In this document: positions 40,036 to 51,713 of the stretch, in pieces
How positions within the stretch are numbered: position 1 is the stretch's first letter
Layout of the letters: each line of letters opens with the position of its first letter
NCBI GenBank assembly: GCA_964556335.1
Contig: CAZKWK010000001.1
Coordinates: 46,681-110,680 of the forward strand
Source of the DNA: an uncultured Bordetella sp.
Lineage (GTDB): Bacteria > Pseudomonadota > Gammaproteobacteria > Burkholderiales > Burkholderiaceae_A
DNA: 64,000 bases
Reading direction: 5' to 3'
Program-made: the position numbers and the translations under genes
Notes under the pieces: model-generated
The model's input: only the letters and a program-made list of their open reading frames with translations
The model's database searches: none
Told to the model about the DNA's origin: nothing

Positions 40036-40575
40036 CTAGGCCTGATTCGGTCCGGTGGCTCCTGCCTTGGTCTTCATGCGACTGGGCCGAGCCTTGCGTT
40101 GCAATAAACCTTGTATCGATCGACTGACCACCACCCAGGCCACGGCCTCAGTGAGGGGCTGTATGAGAAGCGTTTCTGTGGGCACTGCACCCTCCACAAA
40201 CCAGCGAATGAGGTAGACGCTTGCCAGTGCGAGAAGAAAGAGGGGATAGAGGTGTGCCATCTGTCCCCATACGGTGAAGTCTGGAATGCGCCGGTGCAAG
40301 GTAATGGCCCCGTAACTCAGCAGTGAATAGGCCAAGGCATGCTGGCCCAACAACACGCCTTGATGGACATCCATAATGAGGCCCAAGAGCCAGGCGGGCG
40401 CAAGGCCGATGCGGCTCGGCAGAAAGATATTCCAGAAGACGAGAATAATCGCCAGCAGGTCTGGAATCGGCCATTCTGGCCCCCAAGGCATGAGGTTAAA
40501 GCCCAGACCTGCGGCAAAGCTCATGAGGATGAACTGGCGGCTCGGGGCTCGCCCGATAATGGCCTGCGGTCTCAT
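40036..40575 (-). CDS. mreD: Rod shape-determining protein MreD
   Basis: 179 aa polytopic membrane protein. ATGA overlap with mreC, in the conserved position. Confidence 0.85.
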   Translation of the reverse strand: MRPQAIIGRAPSRQFILMSFAAGLGFNLMPWGPEWPIPDLLAIILVFWNIFLPSRIGLAPAWLLGLIMDVHQGVLLGQHALAYSLLSYGAITLHRRIPDFTVWGQMAHLYPLFLLALASVYLIRWFVEGAVPTETLLIQPLTEAVAWVVVSRSIQGLLQRKARPSRMKTKAGATGPNQA

Positions 40576-41420
40576 GGAGTTGGCGCGCCTCGCCGGATGA
40601 CAAGCACCTCTTTGTGCCGGGCCACTGATGCGGTGGGCCGGCCGATCACTGTGGGAAACTGGCCTTGGGGCGCCTCCACCACCAGGGACACTTGGCCGAC
40701 TGCGAGGCCGGCGGGGTAGAGCCCATCAAGGCCAGAGGTCACGATGAGGTCGCCTTCTTTAATCTCCGCGGCAAGATTGACAAACCGAATCTGAAAGCCG
40801 TCCTGTTCGCCCAAGCCCTGGCTGATTGCTCGAATACCTGCATTGGGTAAAAAAATTGGCACCATGAGTTGCTCGTCAGATAAGAGCCGCACCTCAGAGG
40901 TGAGCGGAAAGACACGGCTTACCTGACCCACCACACCCTGGCTATTAATCACCGGGTCACCGACAGAGACCTGATGCTCCATGCCCTTATTGATCAGGAC
41001 CTTGCGGCTCAGGCTGTCTTGCAGCCCTGCGCGCACCTCCGCCACGATGCTCGGAAGACTTGGCTGCTGGCGGATTTCAAGAAGACCACGGAGGTTCTGG
41101 TTGTCGGTCTGTATCTGATCGACGAGCAACAGCATTTCGGCATTGCGCAGCTCTGCATCGCGCATGCGGTCAACCTCAGAGGCAAGTTCAGAAACGGTTT
41201 TGAGCCGGTCGGCAAGCCAGAGGGCAAAGTCCCGCGGCAGCAGCAGTGTCTCTGCGATGGGATAGAGCACCACGCTTAAGCCTTGCCGCAAGGGTTTGGC
41301 AATATTCACTTCGCTGTCGAGCTGCATCAGCACCGCCGCCGCGGACAGGGCAATGATGAGCTTTATGCGGGCCGACAGGCCCTGCCGAAAAAACGGTGGG
41401 GGACTCTGAGAGAGGGCCAA
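40572..41420 (-). CDS. mreC: Rod shape-determining protein MreC
   Basis: 282 aa. N-terminal anchor, coiled coil, then a beta-rich C-terminal domain (GDLIVTSGLDGLYPAGLAVG). Confidence 0.9.
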   Translation of the reverse strand: MALSQSPPPFFRQGLSARIKLIIALSAAAVLMQLDSEVNIAKPLRQGLSVVLYPIAETLLLPRDFALWLADRLKTVSELASEVDRMRDAELRNAEMLLLVDQIQTDNQNLRGLLEIRQQPSLPSIVAEVRAGLQDSLSRKVLINKGMEHQVSVGDPVINSQGVVGQVSRVFPLTSEVRLLSDEQLMVPIFLPNAGIRAISQGLGEQDGFQIRFVNLAAEIKEGDLIVTSGLDGLYPAGLAVGQVSLVVEAPQGQFPTVIGRPTASVARHKEVLVIRRGAPTP

Positions 41421-41435
41421 GGCCTCGCGCCCCCG

Positions 41436-42584
<1,149 letters not shown>

Positions 42585-42623
42585 CTAAAAACCGCTTCGA
42601 CACCGACCGTCATTCCCCGATCT

Positions 42624-42905
42624 ATGGATGTTCAACAACTCGAAAAACTTGCCCAGTTGAGCCGCCTCGCGCTGACCGATGAAGACCGCAGAGATCTTCT
42701 TCCCGCCTTAAGCGCGATCGTGCAGTGGGCCGACGGCTTGCACCAGGCGCCCACTGAGGGCATCGCGCCGATGGCCCATCCCCACGATTTGTCGCTGCGG
42801 CTGCGGGAGGACCAGGCGGCCGCTCTGCCACCGCGCGACCAACTCATGGCCAATGCGCCGCAGTCGGCCCAGGGACTCTTTGTGGTGCCCCGGGTGGTGG
42901 AGTAG
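42624..42905 (+). CDS. gatC: Asp/Glu-tRNA amidotransferase subunit C
   Basis: 93 aa. [20 protein letters not shown] is typical of GatC, and it is followed by gatA and gatB. Confidence 0.9.
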   Translation: MDVQQLEKLAQLSRLALTDEDRRDLLPALSAIVQWADGLHQAPTEGIAPMAHPHDLSLRLREDQAAALPPRDQLMANAPQSAQGLFVVPRVVE

Positions 42906-42910
42906 CGGCG

Positions 42911-44488
42911 ATGGACCTCAGATTCTCTACCCTGGCAGAACTGCGCATCGCGCTCGATGCGGGCATGGTGTCTGCGCAAGAGCTCGCCCAGGATTATCTT
43001 GATGCGCTCGCGGCTGATCGCCTGGGGGTTGCGCTTGGGCTCGACCCCGATCGCACCCAAGCCCAGGCGCGCGCAGCCCAAAGGCGTATCGATACCGAAC
43101 CCGCAGAGGGCCGAAGCCCCTTATTGGGCCTGCCTATCTTGCACAAAGACGTGATCGTTACCGAGGGCTGGCCCACCACTGCGGGGTCGAAGATTCTCGA
43201 GAACTACCGCAGCCCCTTTGACGCTGAGCTGGTGTCCCGGCTTGCCGCCCAGGGCATGGTCTGCCTGGGCAAAGCCAACTGCGATGAGTTTGCGATGGGT
43301 TCGGCCAATCTCCATTCGGCCTATGGGGTGTGCCGCAACCCTTGGGATTCCAGCCGTATTCCAGGGGGCTCTTCGGGTGGCTCCGCCGCTGCCGTGGCTG
43401 CGGGCTTAGCACCGGCTGCCACAGGTACCGATACGGGGGGCTCAATCCGCCAGCCCGCAGCCATGTGTGGCATTACGGGGATCAAGCCGAGCTACGGACG
43501 CATCTCTCGCTGGGGCCTTGTGGCCTACGCCTCAAGTCTCGACCAGGCAGGTCCCATGGCCCGTTCGGCGGCCGACTGTGCCTGGCTGCTTACGGCCATG
43601 TCGGGCCACGATCCCAAAGACTCCACAAGCCTAGATTTGCCTCAGGAAGACTTTGGCCGCCTGCTCACGGATGCGGTGACGCCGGCTGCCACACCCAGCC
43701 AACCACTCAAAGGCCTGCGGCTTGGCCTGCCGCGACAGTATTTTGGGCCGGGCCTCTCTGAGGCGGTGCGCGGCGCCGTAGAGGCCGCGCTGTCGGTGCT
43801 TCGCGGCCTCGGCGCGGAGTGTCTGGAGGTCGACCTGCCCCGCACGGAACTCTCCATTCCTGCTTACTATGTCATCGCGCCGGCAGAGGCCTCGAGCAAC
43901 CTGTCGCGTTTTGATGGGGTGCGCTATGGCCACCGCAGTGCCCATGCCCAAGACCTTCAGGCCCTCTATCGCAACAGCCGCGCAGAGGGCTTTGGGCCAG
44001 AGGTGCGCAGGCGCATTCTTGTCGGAACCTTTGTACTTTCACACGGTTATTACGATGCCTATTACCTGCAGGCCCAGAGGGTGCGGCGGCTAATTGCGCA
44101 AGACTTTCAGGCTGCCTTCGCCCAGTGCGACCTCATCGTGGGCCCCGTGTCGCCAAGCCTGGCCTGGCCCATCGAGGCAAGCCAGCAGGCCAACGACCCG
44201 CTCGCCGATTACCTTGCGGACATTTACACCTTAGGCGCGAGCCTTGCCGGCCTGCCAGGGCTCTCAATGCCTTGTGGCTTTGGCCAGCCGCACCCAGGCG
44301 GCCCCGACCTGCCTGTGGGACTGCAGCTGATTGGCCCACAGTTTGACGAGGCCCGCCTTCTTGGGGTGGCCCATCGGTTCCAGCAGGCGACTGACTGGCA
44401 TCGCCGTTGCCCCCCGGCCCCGGGCGGCACAGGGTCGCTGTTAGTGCCTGGGCAGGCTGTCGGTTCGCCGTCGAAAGGAGCCCACTGA
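42911..44488 (+). CDS. gatA: Asp/Glu-tRNA amidotransferase subunit A
   Basis: 525 aa. Amidase signature [14 protein letters not shown], plus a ~30-aa C-terminal tail beyond the usual length. Confidence 0.93.
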   Translation: MDLRFSTLAELRIALDAGMVSAQELAQDYLDALAADRLGVALGLDPDRTQAQARAAQRRIDTEPAEGRSPLLGLPILHKDVIVTEGWPTTAGSKILENYRSPFDAELVSRLAAQGMVCLGKANCDEFAMGSANLHSAYGVCRNPWDSSRIPGGSSGGSAAAVAAGLAPAATGTDTGGSIRQPAAMCGITGIKPSYGRISRWGLVAYASSLDQAGPMARSAADCAWLLTAMSGHDPKDSTSLDLPQEDFGRLLTDAVTPAATPSQPLKGLRLGLPRQYFGPGLSEAVRGAVEAALSVLRGLGAECLEVDLPRTELSIPAYYVIAPAEASSNLSRFDGVRYGHRSAHAQDLQALYRNSRAEGFGPEVRRRILVGTFVLSHGYYDAYYLQAQRVRRLIAQDFQAAFAQCDLIVGPVSPSLAWPIEASQQANDPLADYLADIYTLGASLAGLPGLSMPCGFGQPHPGGPDLPVGLQLIGPQFDEARLLGVAHRFQQATDWHRRCPPAPGGTGSLLVPGQAVGSPSKGAH

Positions 44489-45963
44489 TGGCCTGGGAAC
44501 TCGTCATTGGTCTTGAGACCCATGTGCAACTGCGCACCGTCTCGAAGATGTTTTCGCCCGCCTCGACAGCCTTTGGGGCCGCGCCTAACACCCAGGCCCA
44601 TCCGATCGATCTCGCCTTGCCGGGGGTTCTTCCAACGCCGAATAAGGCCGCGATCGAGGCGGCGATTCGATTTGGCCTTGCAGTCCAGGGGCAGATTGCG
44701 CCCCGTTCGGTCTTTGCCCGAAAAAATTATTTTTATCCCGATCTGCCCAAGGGCTCTCAGATCAGCCAGTTTGACATTCCCGTGGTGGCGGGCGGGCAGC
44801 TCTCCATCGTCTTACAAGACGGCACACAGCGGGATATTGTGCTCACCCGAGCCCACCTGGAAGAGGATGCGGGCAAGTCGATCCATGAGGGGCTCGAGGA
44901 TTTTCCGCAGGGCTGCTCTGGTATTGACCTGAATCGGGCGGGCACACCGCTTCTCGAGATCGTGACCGAGCCCGTGATGCGTTCTGCCGCTGAGGCAGTG
45001 GCCTATGCCAAGACCCTGCATGGCCTGGTCACCTGGATCGGTATCTGCGACGGAAACCTGCAGGAGGGCTCCTTTCGGGTCGATGCGAATGTCTCCGTGC
45101 GGCCCGCGGGGAGTCAGACCTTGGGCACCCGCTGCGAGATCAAGAACCTCAACTCATTTCGTTTCCTGGAGCGGGCGATCCAGGTAGAGGCGGCCCGGCA
45201 GGTGGAACTGATCGAGTCGGGCGGCATGGTGCGGCAGGAGACCCGCCTGTTTGACCCCGAGCGGGATGAGACGCGGTCAATGCGCAGCAAAGAAGACGCC
45301 CATGACTACCGCTACTTTCCCGATCCCGATCTCCCCCCGCTCGTCATTAGCCAAGACCAGATCGATCGGGTAGCCGCGTCAATGCCCGCGCTGCCCGGTG
45401 AGATTCGGGCCCGCCTGATCGCCGACTACGGGCTTTCAGCCTATGACGCCGCCACGGTGACCTCCGGCCAGGCGTCGTATCAATACTTGGCAGCGGGGCT
45501 TGCTGACTTAGCGTCCTTACCGGGTGGGGTGACCAGCGATCGGGTGAAGGCCCTGGTGAACTGGATGATGGGTGAACTCGCCTCGACGCTGAATCGTGAG
45601 GACACACCGATCGAGGCATCGCGCGTCTCTGCGGCGGCCCTGGTGGGCCTATTGTTGCGGGTTGAAGACGGCACGATCAGCCACAAGATTGCGCGGGAGG
45701 TCTTTGGGCTGCTCTGGGAGGGCAGCTTTGCGACTGCCGATGCGGCGATTGAAGCGAAGGGGCTGCGTCAGATCCAAGACACGGGCGCGATTCAGGCCTT
45801 TGTTACTGAGGTTTTGGCAGCCAATCCCAAGATGGTGGAGGAGTATCGGGCAGGCAAAGAGAAGGCCCTCAATGCGCTGGTGGGTCAGGTGATGAAGCGG
45901 ACCGCGGGCAAGGCCAATCCGCAGTCTGTTACCGACCTCTTAAAGGCCCAGATTCTCGGCTAA
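44488..45963 (+). CDS. gatB: Asp/Glu-tRNA amidotransferase subunit B
   Basis: 491 aa from [15 protein letters not shown]. Its ATG overlaps the gatA stop as TGATG. Confidence 0.93.
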   Translation: MAWELVIGLETHVQLRTVSKMFSPASTAFGAAPNTQAHPIDLALPGVLPTPNKAAIEAAIRFGLAVQGQIAPRSVFARKNYFYPDLPKGSQISQFDIPVVAGGQLSIVLQDGTQRDIVLTRAHLEEDAGKSIHEGLEDFPQGCSGIDLNRAGTPLLEIVTEPVMRSAAEAVAYAKTLHGLVTWIGICDGNLQEGSFRVDANVSVRPAGSQTLGTRCEIKNLNSFRFLERAIQVEAARQVELIESGGMVRQETRLFDPERDETRSMRSKEDAHDYRYFPDPDLPPLVISQDQIDRVAASMPALPGEIRARLIADYGLSAYDAATVTSGQASYQYLAAGLADLASLPGGVTSDRVKALVNWMMGELASTLNREDTPIEASRVSAAALVGLLLRVEDGTISHKIAREVFGLLWEGSFATADAAIEAKGLRQIQDTGAIQAFVTEVLAANPKMVEEYRAGKEKALNALVGQVMKRTAGKANPQSVTDLLKAQILG

Positions 45964-45968
45964 CGGTA

Positions 45969-46889
45969 TTACTGATTCGGATCGGGCCCGAGGTCGTCGA
46001 GTGATCTGCCGATCGCCTGGGCATAGACCGGCAGTGCCCGGGGCAAGACCCGCGAAATCTCCTCGATGCGGGTACCGCTTGAGGGGTGGGTAGAGAGCCA
46101 CTGCGGCGGCGCCCCTTTGCTCTGGGCCTGCATCTTTCGCCAGAGACTGACCGCCGCCCGCGGGTCGTAGCCCGCCCGTGCAGAGATGTCGAGGCCCACC
46201 AGGTCGGCATCGGTCTCATCGTCGCGGGAGAATTTGAGGCTCAGCAGCTGACCGCCGTAGCCCAAGACCTGGCGGCCAGCCTGGCCAAAGCCCAGGAGCT
46301 CGGACAAGACCGTGGCACCCATATCGGTGAGCTGCGCCTTGGCCATCTGCGCGCGGGCGTGTTCCCGAAGGGCATGGGCCATTTCGTGCCCCATGATGGC
46401 GGCCACCTCGTTGTCGCTGAGTTGGAGTTTATTCAGGATCCCTGTAAAGAAGGCGATCTTTCCGCCCGGCATACAGAAGGCATTGACCTGGTCAGACCGC
46501 AGCACAATTACCTCCCACTGCCACCGACGAGACTCTGGATTCCAGGCATAGGCGTGGGGCTGCAGTCGCTGGGCAATCTGCCGTAGCCGCTGCACCTGAG
46601 GGTCGGTATCGGGAAGCAGGGCGTTTTTCTGGGCCGCCTGCTTCTTGATGCTCTCAAACTGCTGGGCGGCGGCGCGTTCAATCTGGGCGGCAGGCACAAG
46701 CCGACGCAACTCGGAGGCGGGCTTTACCGGTACACCATCGGCGGGCCCCACCGCCGTGCTCGGGGTGGCACAGCCGGCGAGGACGCACAGCGCTAGGAGC
46801 GCCCCCAGGCTACCGCGGGCGCGCCTGACCCTATACTGCCACTGCCGGGGCCGGTGAGATGATGGTTCCGACGCAATCTCAGTCTGCAT
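45969..46889 (-). CDS. M48 family zinc metallopeptidase lipoprotein
   Basis: HEMAHALREH (HExxH), lipobox LAGC. The start is ATG 46889 (GAGGA 9 nt upstream) or ATG 46931. Confidence 0.85.
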   Translation of the reverse strand: MQTEIASEPSSHRPRQWQYRVRRARGSLGALLALCVLAGCATPSTAVGPADGVPVKPASELRRLVPAAQIERAAAQQFESIKKQAAQKNALLPDTDPQVQRLRQIAQRLQPHAYAWNPESRRWQWEVIVLRSDQVNAFCMPGGKIAFFTGILNKLQLSDNEVAAIMGHEMAHALREHARAQMAKAQLTDMGATVLSELLGFGQAGRQVLGYGGQLLSLKFSRDDETDADLVGLDISARAGYDPRAAVSLWRKMQAQSKGAPPQWLSTHPSSGTRIEEISRVLPRALPVYAQAIGRSLDDLGPDPNQ

Positions 46890-46929
46890 GGGTCTGTATC
46901 CTCGGACAACTTCACGAAATGATTGGAAC

Positions 46930-48259
46930 ATGATTGTGCGTCCTTCCGCGCCGGTTGAAGACCCTACAGCCTCTCAGTCCCCTCCTTCGGTCCTGACCTC
47001 TGGGCCGCCGCGCCGCGCCTTGTTGATCATGACACTGGTGCTGGGCTTTGCCAGTGGGCTGCCGCTTGCCCTGTCATCCGGCACGTTACAGGCCTGGCTC
47101 ACCGTCGAGGGGGTGGATCTCAAGACCTTGGGCTGGCTTACCGTACTGGGCCTGCCCTATACCTACAAGTTCGGATGGGCGCCCTTGCTCGATCGTTTCC
47201 AGCTGGGAGGGCCCCGCGGCGGCCGGCGGCGGGGCTGGCTTGTAGGGCTGCAGATCGCAATGGCCGTGATCCTCTGGGCATTGTCTTTTTCTCGGCCCAT
47301 GGAGCCGGGGGGGCTTGCCTGGCTGGCGAGCCTGGCTTTCCTGCTGGTGGTCTTTTCGGCAAGCTTTGACATTGTCTTTGATGCCTGGCGGGCAGAGTCC
47401 CTAAGGCCTGAACAGCGGGGCCTCGGGGCGGCCTGGTCGGTGGTGGGATACCGGCTGGCGATGCTTGTCTCCGGGGGGGCTTGCCCTGATGCTCGCCGAC
47501 CTGTATCTGGGCTTTGCAGGAACCTACCGGCTCATGGCCGGGCTCTGTCTGGTGATGGCGGTCGTCGCTTTTTTTGCCCCTGAGCCCAGTACCGAGCGCG
47601 CGCCCACAAGTCTGCGGGCCGCTGTCGTGGAGCCGTTTAGAGAGTTTTTCGGGCGCCACGGTGCCTGGTGGCTGCTCGCCGCCATCGTGCTCTATAAGCT
47701 CGGCGATGCCTTTGCCGGCAGCCTATCAACGGCCTTTCTTATTCGTGGGGCGGGCTTTTCGGCGGCCGAGGTGGGGGCTGTGAATAACGGGATGGGGCTG
47801 GCAGCTACTCTTTTGGGCGGTCTGGCGGGCGGGGTTCTTCTCGCCCGCATTGGGCTCTGGGGCGGACTCTTTTTGTTTGGTGGCCTGCAGGCGGTTACGA
47901 ACCTGGGCTTCTGGTGGCTTGCGGGCCTCTCCGACCCGGGGATAGCCGATATGACCTGGGTGGTGCTGCTGGAGAATCTGGCCGGTGGGATGGGCACAGC
48001 GGCCTTTGTGGCGTTTCTCATGACTCTCTGCGATCTGCGATTTACAGCCACCCAGTTTGCCCTGCTGTCAGCCCTTGCCTCGGTGGGCCGGGTCTGGGTC
48101 GGACCTTTTGCCGGTCATGCGGCAAGCACCTGGGGCTGGGCACCCTTCTTTCTGGCGAGCTTTTTTGCGGCACTGCCCGGACTCTTTCTGCTCTGGTGGC
48201 TACGCGCCCGGATTACGCAGATGGTGCTGGGGGTCGCCTCGCGACAACCCCTCGACTAG
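46930..48259 (+). pseudogene. ampG: Muropeptide permease AmpG, interrupted by a +1 frameshift in a G7 run
   Basis: Two track ORFs (46888..47583 and 47465..48259) are collinear with E. coli AmpG. GYRLAMLVSGG in frame 1 continues as LALMLADL.. in frame 2, and the junction is the GGGGGGG run at 47473-47479. Removing one G restores SGGLAL, as in E. coli GMLVSGGLALWLAD. Confidence 0.85.
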
Positions 48260-48265
48260 ACACCG

Positions 48266-49354
48266 ATGCGGGGCCTGGGGGCATTTCTGGCCACGGGGCT
48301 TGCCGGGGGCCTGGGCGGGGCCCTCTTTGCGGTGCTCGGTCTGCCCCTACCTTGGCTGCTGGGCAGTCTCTGTGCGGTCAGCCTTCTGTCGCTCACCGTC
48401 GGCGCAGCGCCTCTGTCTCGGTCTGGTCTGCGCATAGGGCAGATGACCATTGGCCTCGCCCTGGGGTTGTATTTCACCGCGCCAGTGATCGCAGGGCTCG
48501 TTCGAGACGGCCACTGGATTGTGTTGTCCGCGGTGCTTACCTGCGTTTTAAGCCTGCTGGGGGCGATGGTGTTTCAGCGACTCACCCACAGCGACGCGAC
48601 GACCAGTCTCTATGCCGCAGCGATTGGCGCGGCCAGTGATATGGCCCAGCAGGCGGCGGCCTCGGGTGCGCGGGCCGAGGTTGTGGCCCTGGTTCATAGC
48701 ATTCGGGTCTTTATTGTGGTGGGCAGCGTGCCGTTTTTCGCCTCCGCCTGGATATCCTTTGCAGGACACCCGGGCACAGCGCAGTCCGTCAGTGGCGCCG
48801 CGGATGCCTTCATGCCTTCCGTCTTGGGCCTTACCGAAACAGTCGTGCTGGCGGCGCTGGCAGTCGGGGCGGCCTGGGGGTTTGGTCGTCTGCGCCTGCC
48901 CAACCCGTGGGTGTTGGGGCCGCTTGCCGTGGCCCTTGCGGCAGCAGTCTGGTGGCTGCCTTCCGCGCGGCTTGCGCCTTGGCTGGTGGGTATTGGCCAG
49001 GTCTTACTGGGCTGGAACCTGGGCCAGCGGTTTGATCGCGCGCAACTTCACGCCTTTGCCCCAGCCGCTCGGGCCGCGGTGGTTATGACCCTTTTCTATG
49101 GTGTGGCGGGCCTGGGCCTTGCAGCACTTATCTCTTGGGGGACGGGCCTGCCGGGGGTGGTGGCCTTTATGGCCACCGCGCCGGGTGGGATTGCCGAAAT
49201 GGCCCTGGTGGCGAAGATTCTTGGACTCGATCCGCCCACCGTCACGGTTTTCCATGCGGTACGCATGGTGATGATGGTGGTCTTGGCCCAGACGCTTTTG
49301 ACGCTTGGGCTGCGCCTAGGCCTGCTGCGCGTCGGGCGATCGCCCCCGGGCTAA
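48266..49354 (+). CDS. AbrB-duplication family membrane protein (annotated in databases as AbrB family regulator or putative ammonia monooxygenase)
   Basis: 362 aa, very hydrophobic, with an internally duplicated ~5-TM architecture. This is a family assignment by recollection. Confidence 0.65.
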   Translation: MRGLGAFLATGLAGGLGGALFAVLGLPLPWLLGSLCAVSLLSLTVGAAPLSRSGLRIGQMTIGLALGLYFTAPVIAGLVRDGHWIVLSAVLTCVLSLLGAMVFQRLTHSDATTSLYAAAIGAASDMAQQAAASGARAEVVALVHSIRVFIVVGSVPFFASAWISFAGHPGTAQSVSGAADAFMPSVLGLTETVVLAALAVGAAWGFGRLRLPNPWVLGPLAVALAAAVWWLPSARLAPWLVGIGQVLLGWNLGQRFDRAQLHAFAPAARAAVVMTLFYGVAGLGLAALISWGTGLPGVVAFMATAPGGIAEMALVAKILGLDPPTVTVFHAVRMVMMVVLAQTLLTLGLRLGLLRVGRSPPG

Positions 49355-49674
49355 GAGACGATGCCCGCATCTTTGAAGAGTTTTGCCAGTTCCCCGGAGT
49401 CGTGCATCTCGCCCATGATGTCCGCTCCCCCAATAAACTCGCCCTTCACATAGAGCTGCGGGATGGTCGGCCAGTTGGCGTAGTCTTTCACGGCCTGTCG
49501 TACTGCTTCATCTCCCAAAACATTGACAGTAGCCACCTGCGTTACACCGCAGGACTTTAAGAGTTGAATGGCGCGTCCGGAAAAACCACACTGGGGAAAC
49601 TGGGCGGTCCCTTTCATAAACAAGACCACCGGATTGTCGGTGACGGTCTGGTGTACAAAGTCTTTGGCGTCCAT
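49351..49674 (-). CDS. grxD: Monothiol glutaredoxin (Grx4 family)
   Basis: 107 aa from MDAKDF. CGFS active site (FPQCGFSGRA) and WPTIPQLYVKGEFIGG. Confidence 0.93.
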   Translation of the reverse strand: MDAKDFVHQTVTDNPVVLFMKGTAQFPQCGFSGRAIQLLKSCGVTQVATVNVLGDEAVRQAVKDYANWPTIPQLYVKGEFIGGADIMGEMHDSGELAKLFKDAGIVS

Positions 49675-49744
49675 GGCCAGGGTCCTTTCAAGAACGGTTG
49701 GGGGGAAGCGGGTGCGCGGGGGTGATCTCACGCGTAGGCATGCA

Positions 49745-50575
49745 TCATAGACGAGCCTGTACTAGGCGTGGCAGGCCTGAGAGGTCGGGAAATCCGGTGA
49801 CTGCGCTAAATCCCGCTGCCCGGCAGAGGTCTATCACGGCGGGCTGCTGTGTCCAGCCGTGTTCGAGCAAGAGGCTGCCGCCCGGTCGCAGGTAGGCGCC
49901 TGCCTGGGCGATGATGGTGGAGAGGTCGGAAAGCCCGTGGGCATTGGGGCCGGTTCCTGACAAGGCAGCGGCGGGCTCGAAGGCGCGCACCTCTGTTGCG
50001 AGGTCGGGGTCGTCTTGGGCCACATACGGCGGGTTGGAAAGAATGAGGTCAAAGCCCCTCGCGGTTTCATGGCCCAGCGCGTCAAACCAGGCGCCCTCTC
50101 GACAGACGAGCGATACCCCATGCCAGCAGGCGTTGTTTCGTGCGGTGGCAAGGGCTGGGGCCGAGACATCGGTGGCCCAGGCCTCAAGCGCTATGCCACG
50201 GGCAGATGCCGCCTTCAGGAGCGCGATGACGATGCAGCCGCTGCCGGTGCCGAGATCGAGAACGCGGGCGGTCCGCGCGTCGCCCGGCAGTGCGGCGAGG
50301 GCGAGATCGACGAGGCCCTCTGTCTCCGGCCTAGGAATCAGCACGGAGCGGTTGACCCAGAACCGCAGGCCATAAAACTCCCGAAACCCTAGCAGGTAGG
50401 CCAGCGGCACCCCGCCGTGCCTGGCTGCAGCCCATCGACGAATCAGCGCCCGCTCTGCCGCAGATAGGTGATCGGTGCCTTCGCGCAGAAAGTAGGTGCG
50501 GGGCTGACCCGTGGCTGCCTCGAGAATGGCCCACTGCTCGTGGCGCGGCAGACGAAGGAGGTCGGGGTCGTTCAC
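49745..50575 (-). CDS. prmC: Release factor glutamine methyltransferase
   Basis: NPPY motif (SNPPYV), SAM motif LDLGTGSG, and a position directly after prfA. There is no in-frame ATG after the prfA stop, so the start is assigned to GTG 50575 (277 aa). The start is uncertain. Confidence 0.85.
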   Translation of the reverse strand: MNDPDLLRLPRHEQWAILEAATGQPRTYFLREGTDHLSAAERALIRRWAAARHGGVPLAYLLGFREFYGLRFWVNRSVLIPRPETEGLVDLALAALPGDARTARVLDLGTGSGCIVIALLKAASARGIALEAWATDVSAPALATARNNACWHGVSLVCREGAWFDALGHETARGFDLILSNPPYVAQDDPDLATEVRAFEPAAALSGTGPNAHGLSDLSTIIAQAGAYLRPGGSLLLEHGWTQQPAVIDLCRAAGFSAVTGFPDLSGLPRLVQARL

Positions 50576-50624
50576 GATGGCTAGGGCCGGACGGCAAGCG
50601 CTCGGCGAAGGAGGAGGGGGGCGG

Positions 50625-51701
50625 CTAGTCGGCCAGTGCCGAGAGCAGCTCGGCCTGGTGCTCGGCCATGAGGGCCTGATTGAGCTCGGCCAAGTCGCCG
50701 TCCATGATCTGATCGATCTTGTAGAGGGTGAGGTTGATCCGGTGGTCGGTGATGCGGCCTTGGGGAAAGTTGTAGGTGCGAATACGTTCAGACCGATCCC
50801 CCGATCCAATCATGAGCTTGCGGGCTGAGGCCTCTTGCTGCTGCAGGGCTGCCGCCTGGCGGTCACGTACCCTGGCGGCCAGCACCTTCATGGCCTTGTC
50901 CTTGTTTTTGTGTTGGCTGCGGTCGTCCTGACATTCCGCCACGATGCCGGTCGGCAGGTGGGTGATGCGCACCGCAGACTCGGTCTTGTTGACGTGCTGG
51001 CCACCAGCCCCCGAAGCACGAAAGACATCGATGCGGAGTTCATCGGGAGTAAAGACCACCTCGGCCAACTCATCGGCCTCCGGCAGCACCGCCACTGTGC
51101 AGGCCGAGGTATGAATACGGCCCTGGGCCTCGGTCTCGGGCACCCGTTGCACGCGGTGGCCGCCCGACTCAAACTTCAGCCGGGAATAGACGCGATCGCC
51201 GGTAAGGCGCACGACCACTTCTTTGTAGCCGCCAAGGTCGGAGGCATTGGCCGAGAGAATCTCGCTCTGCCAGCGGTTGCGTTCGGCATAACGCAGATAC
51301 ATGCGTAGCAGATCGCCTGCGAAGAGCGCAGACTCATCACCCCCCGTGCCCGCACGAATTTCCAAAATGACATCCCGTTCGTCGTTGGGATCTTTTGGAA
51401 GCAGCAGCTTTTGTAGGGCATCTTCTTGGCTCTCAATGCCGGTGCGCAGTCGGGCGACCTCATCGTAGGCGAAGTCTTTGAGCTCGGGGTCGCTCAACCA
51501 GGACTCCGCCTCTTGGAGGTCCTTTTCGCTGGCCTGTAGCGCCACGAAGGCCTCCACCACGGGCGCAATCTCGGCCCGTTCTTTGGAGAGCTTACGAAAT
51601 TCATTCATGTCGTTGGCGATTTCGGGGCTCGAGAGCTGGGCCTCGATGACCGCGAAACGATCTTGGATCTGCTGCAGCTTTGTCAGCAGGCTCGACTTCA
51701 T
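50625..51701 (-). CDS. prfA: Peptide chain release factor 1
   Basis: 358 aa. PET tripeptide (VPETEAQGR; canonical RF1 is PxT) and GGQ motif ([11 protein letters not shown]). Confidence 0.96.
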   Translation of the reverse strand: MKSSLLTKLQQIQDRFAVIEAQLSSPEIANDMNEFRKLSKERAEIAPVVEAFVALQASEKDLQEAESWLSDPELKDFAYDEVARLRTGIESQEDALQKLLLPKDPNDERDVILEIRAGTGGDESALFAGDLLRMYLRYAERNRWQSEILSANASDLGGYKEVVVRLTGDRVYSRLKFESGGHRVQRVPETEAQGRIHTSACTVAVLPEADELAEVVFTPDELRIDVFRASGAGGQHVNKTESAVRITHLPTGIVAECQDDRSQHKNKDKAMKVLAARVRDRQAAALQQQEASARKLMIGSGDRSERIRTYNFPQGRITDHRINLTLYKIDQIMDGDLAELNQALMAEHQAELLSALAD

Positions 51702-51713
51702 CTGCGCAGGCCT

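Noticed and set aside
50576-50809. The 354-aa version of prmC, which overlaps prfA by 185 nt
   Set aside because: The overlapping part is Pro/Ser/Thr/Trp-rich with no PrmC similarity. A 277-aa protein from GTG 50575 matches the usual PrmC length. The exact start is still uncertain.
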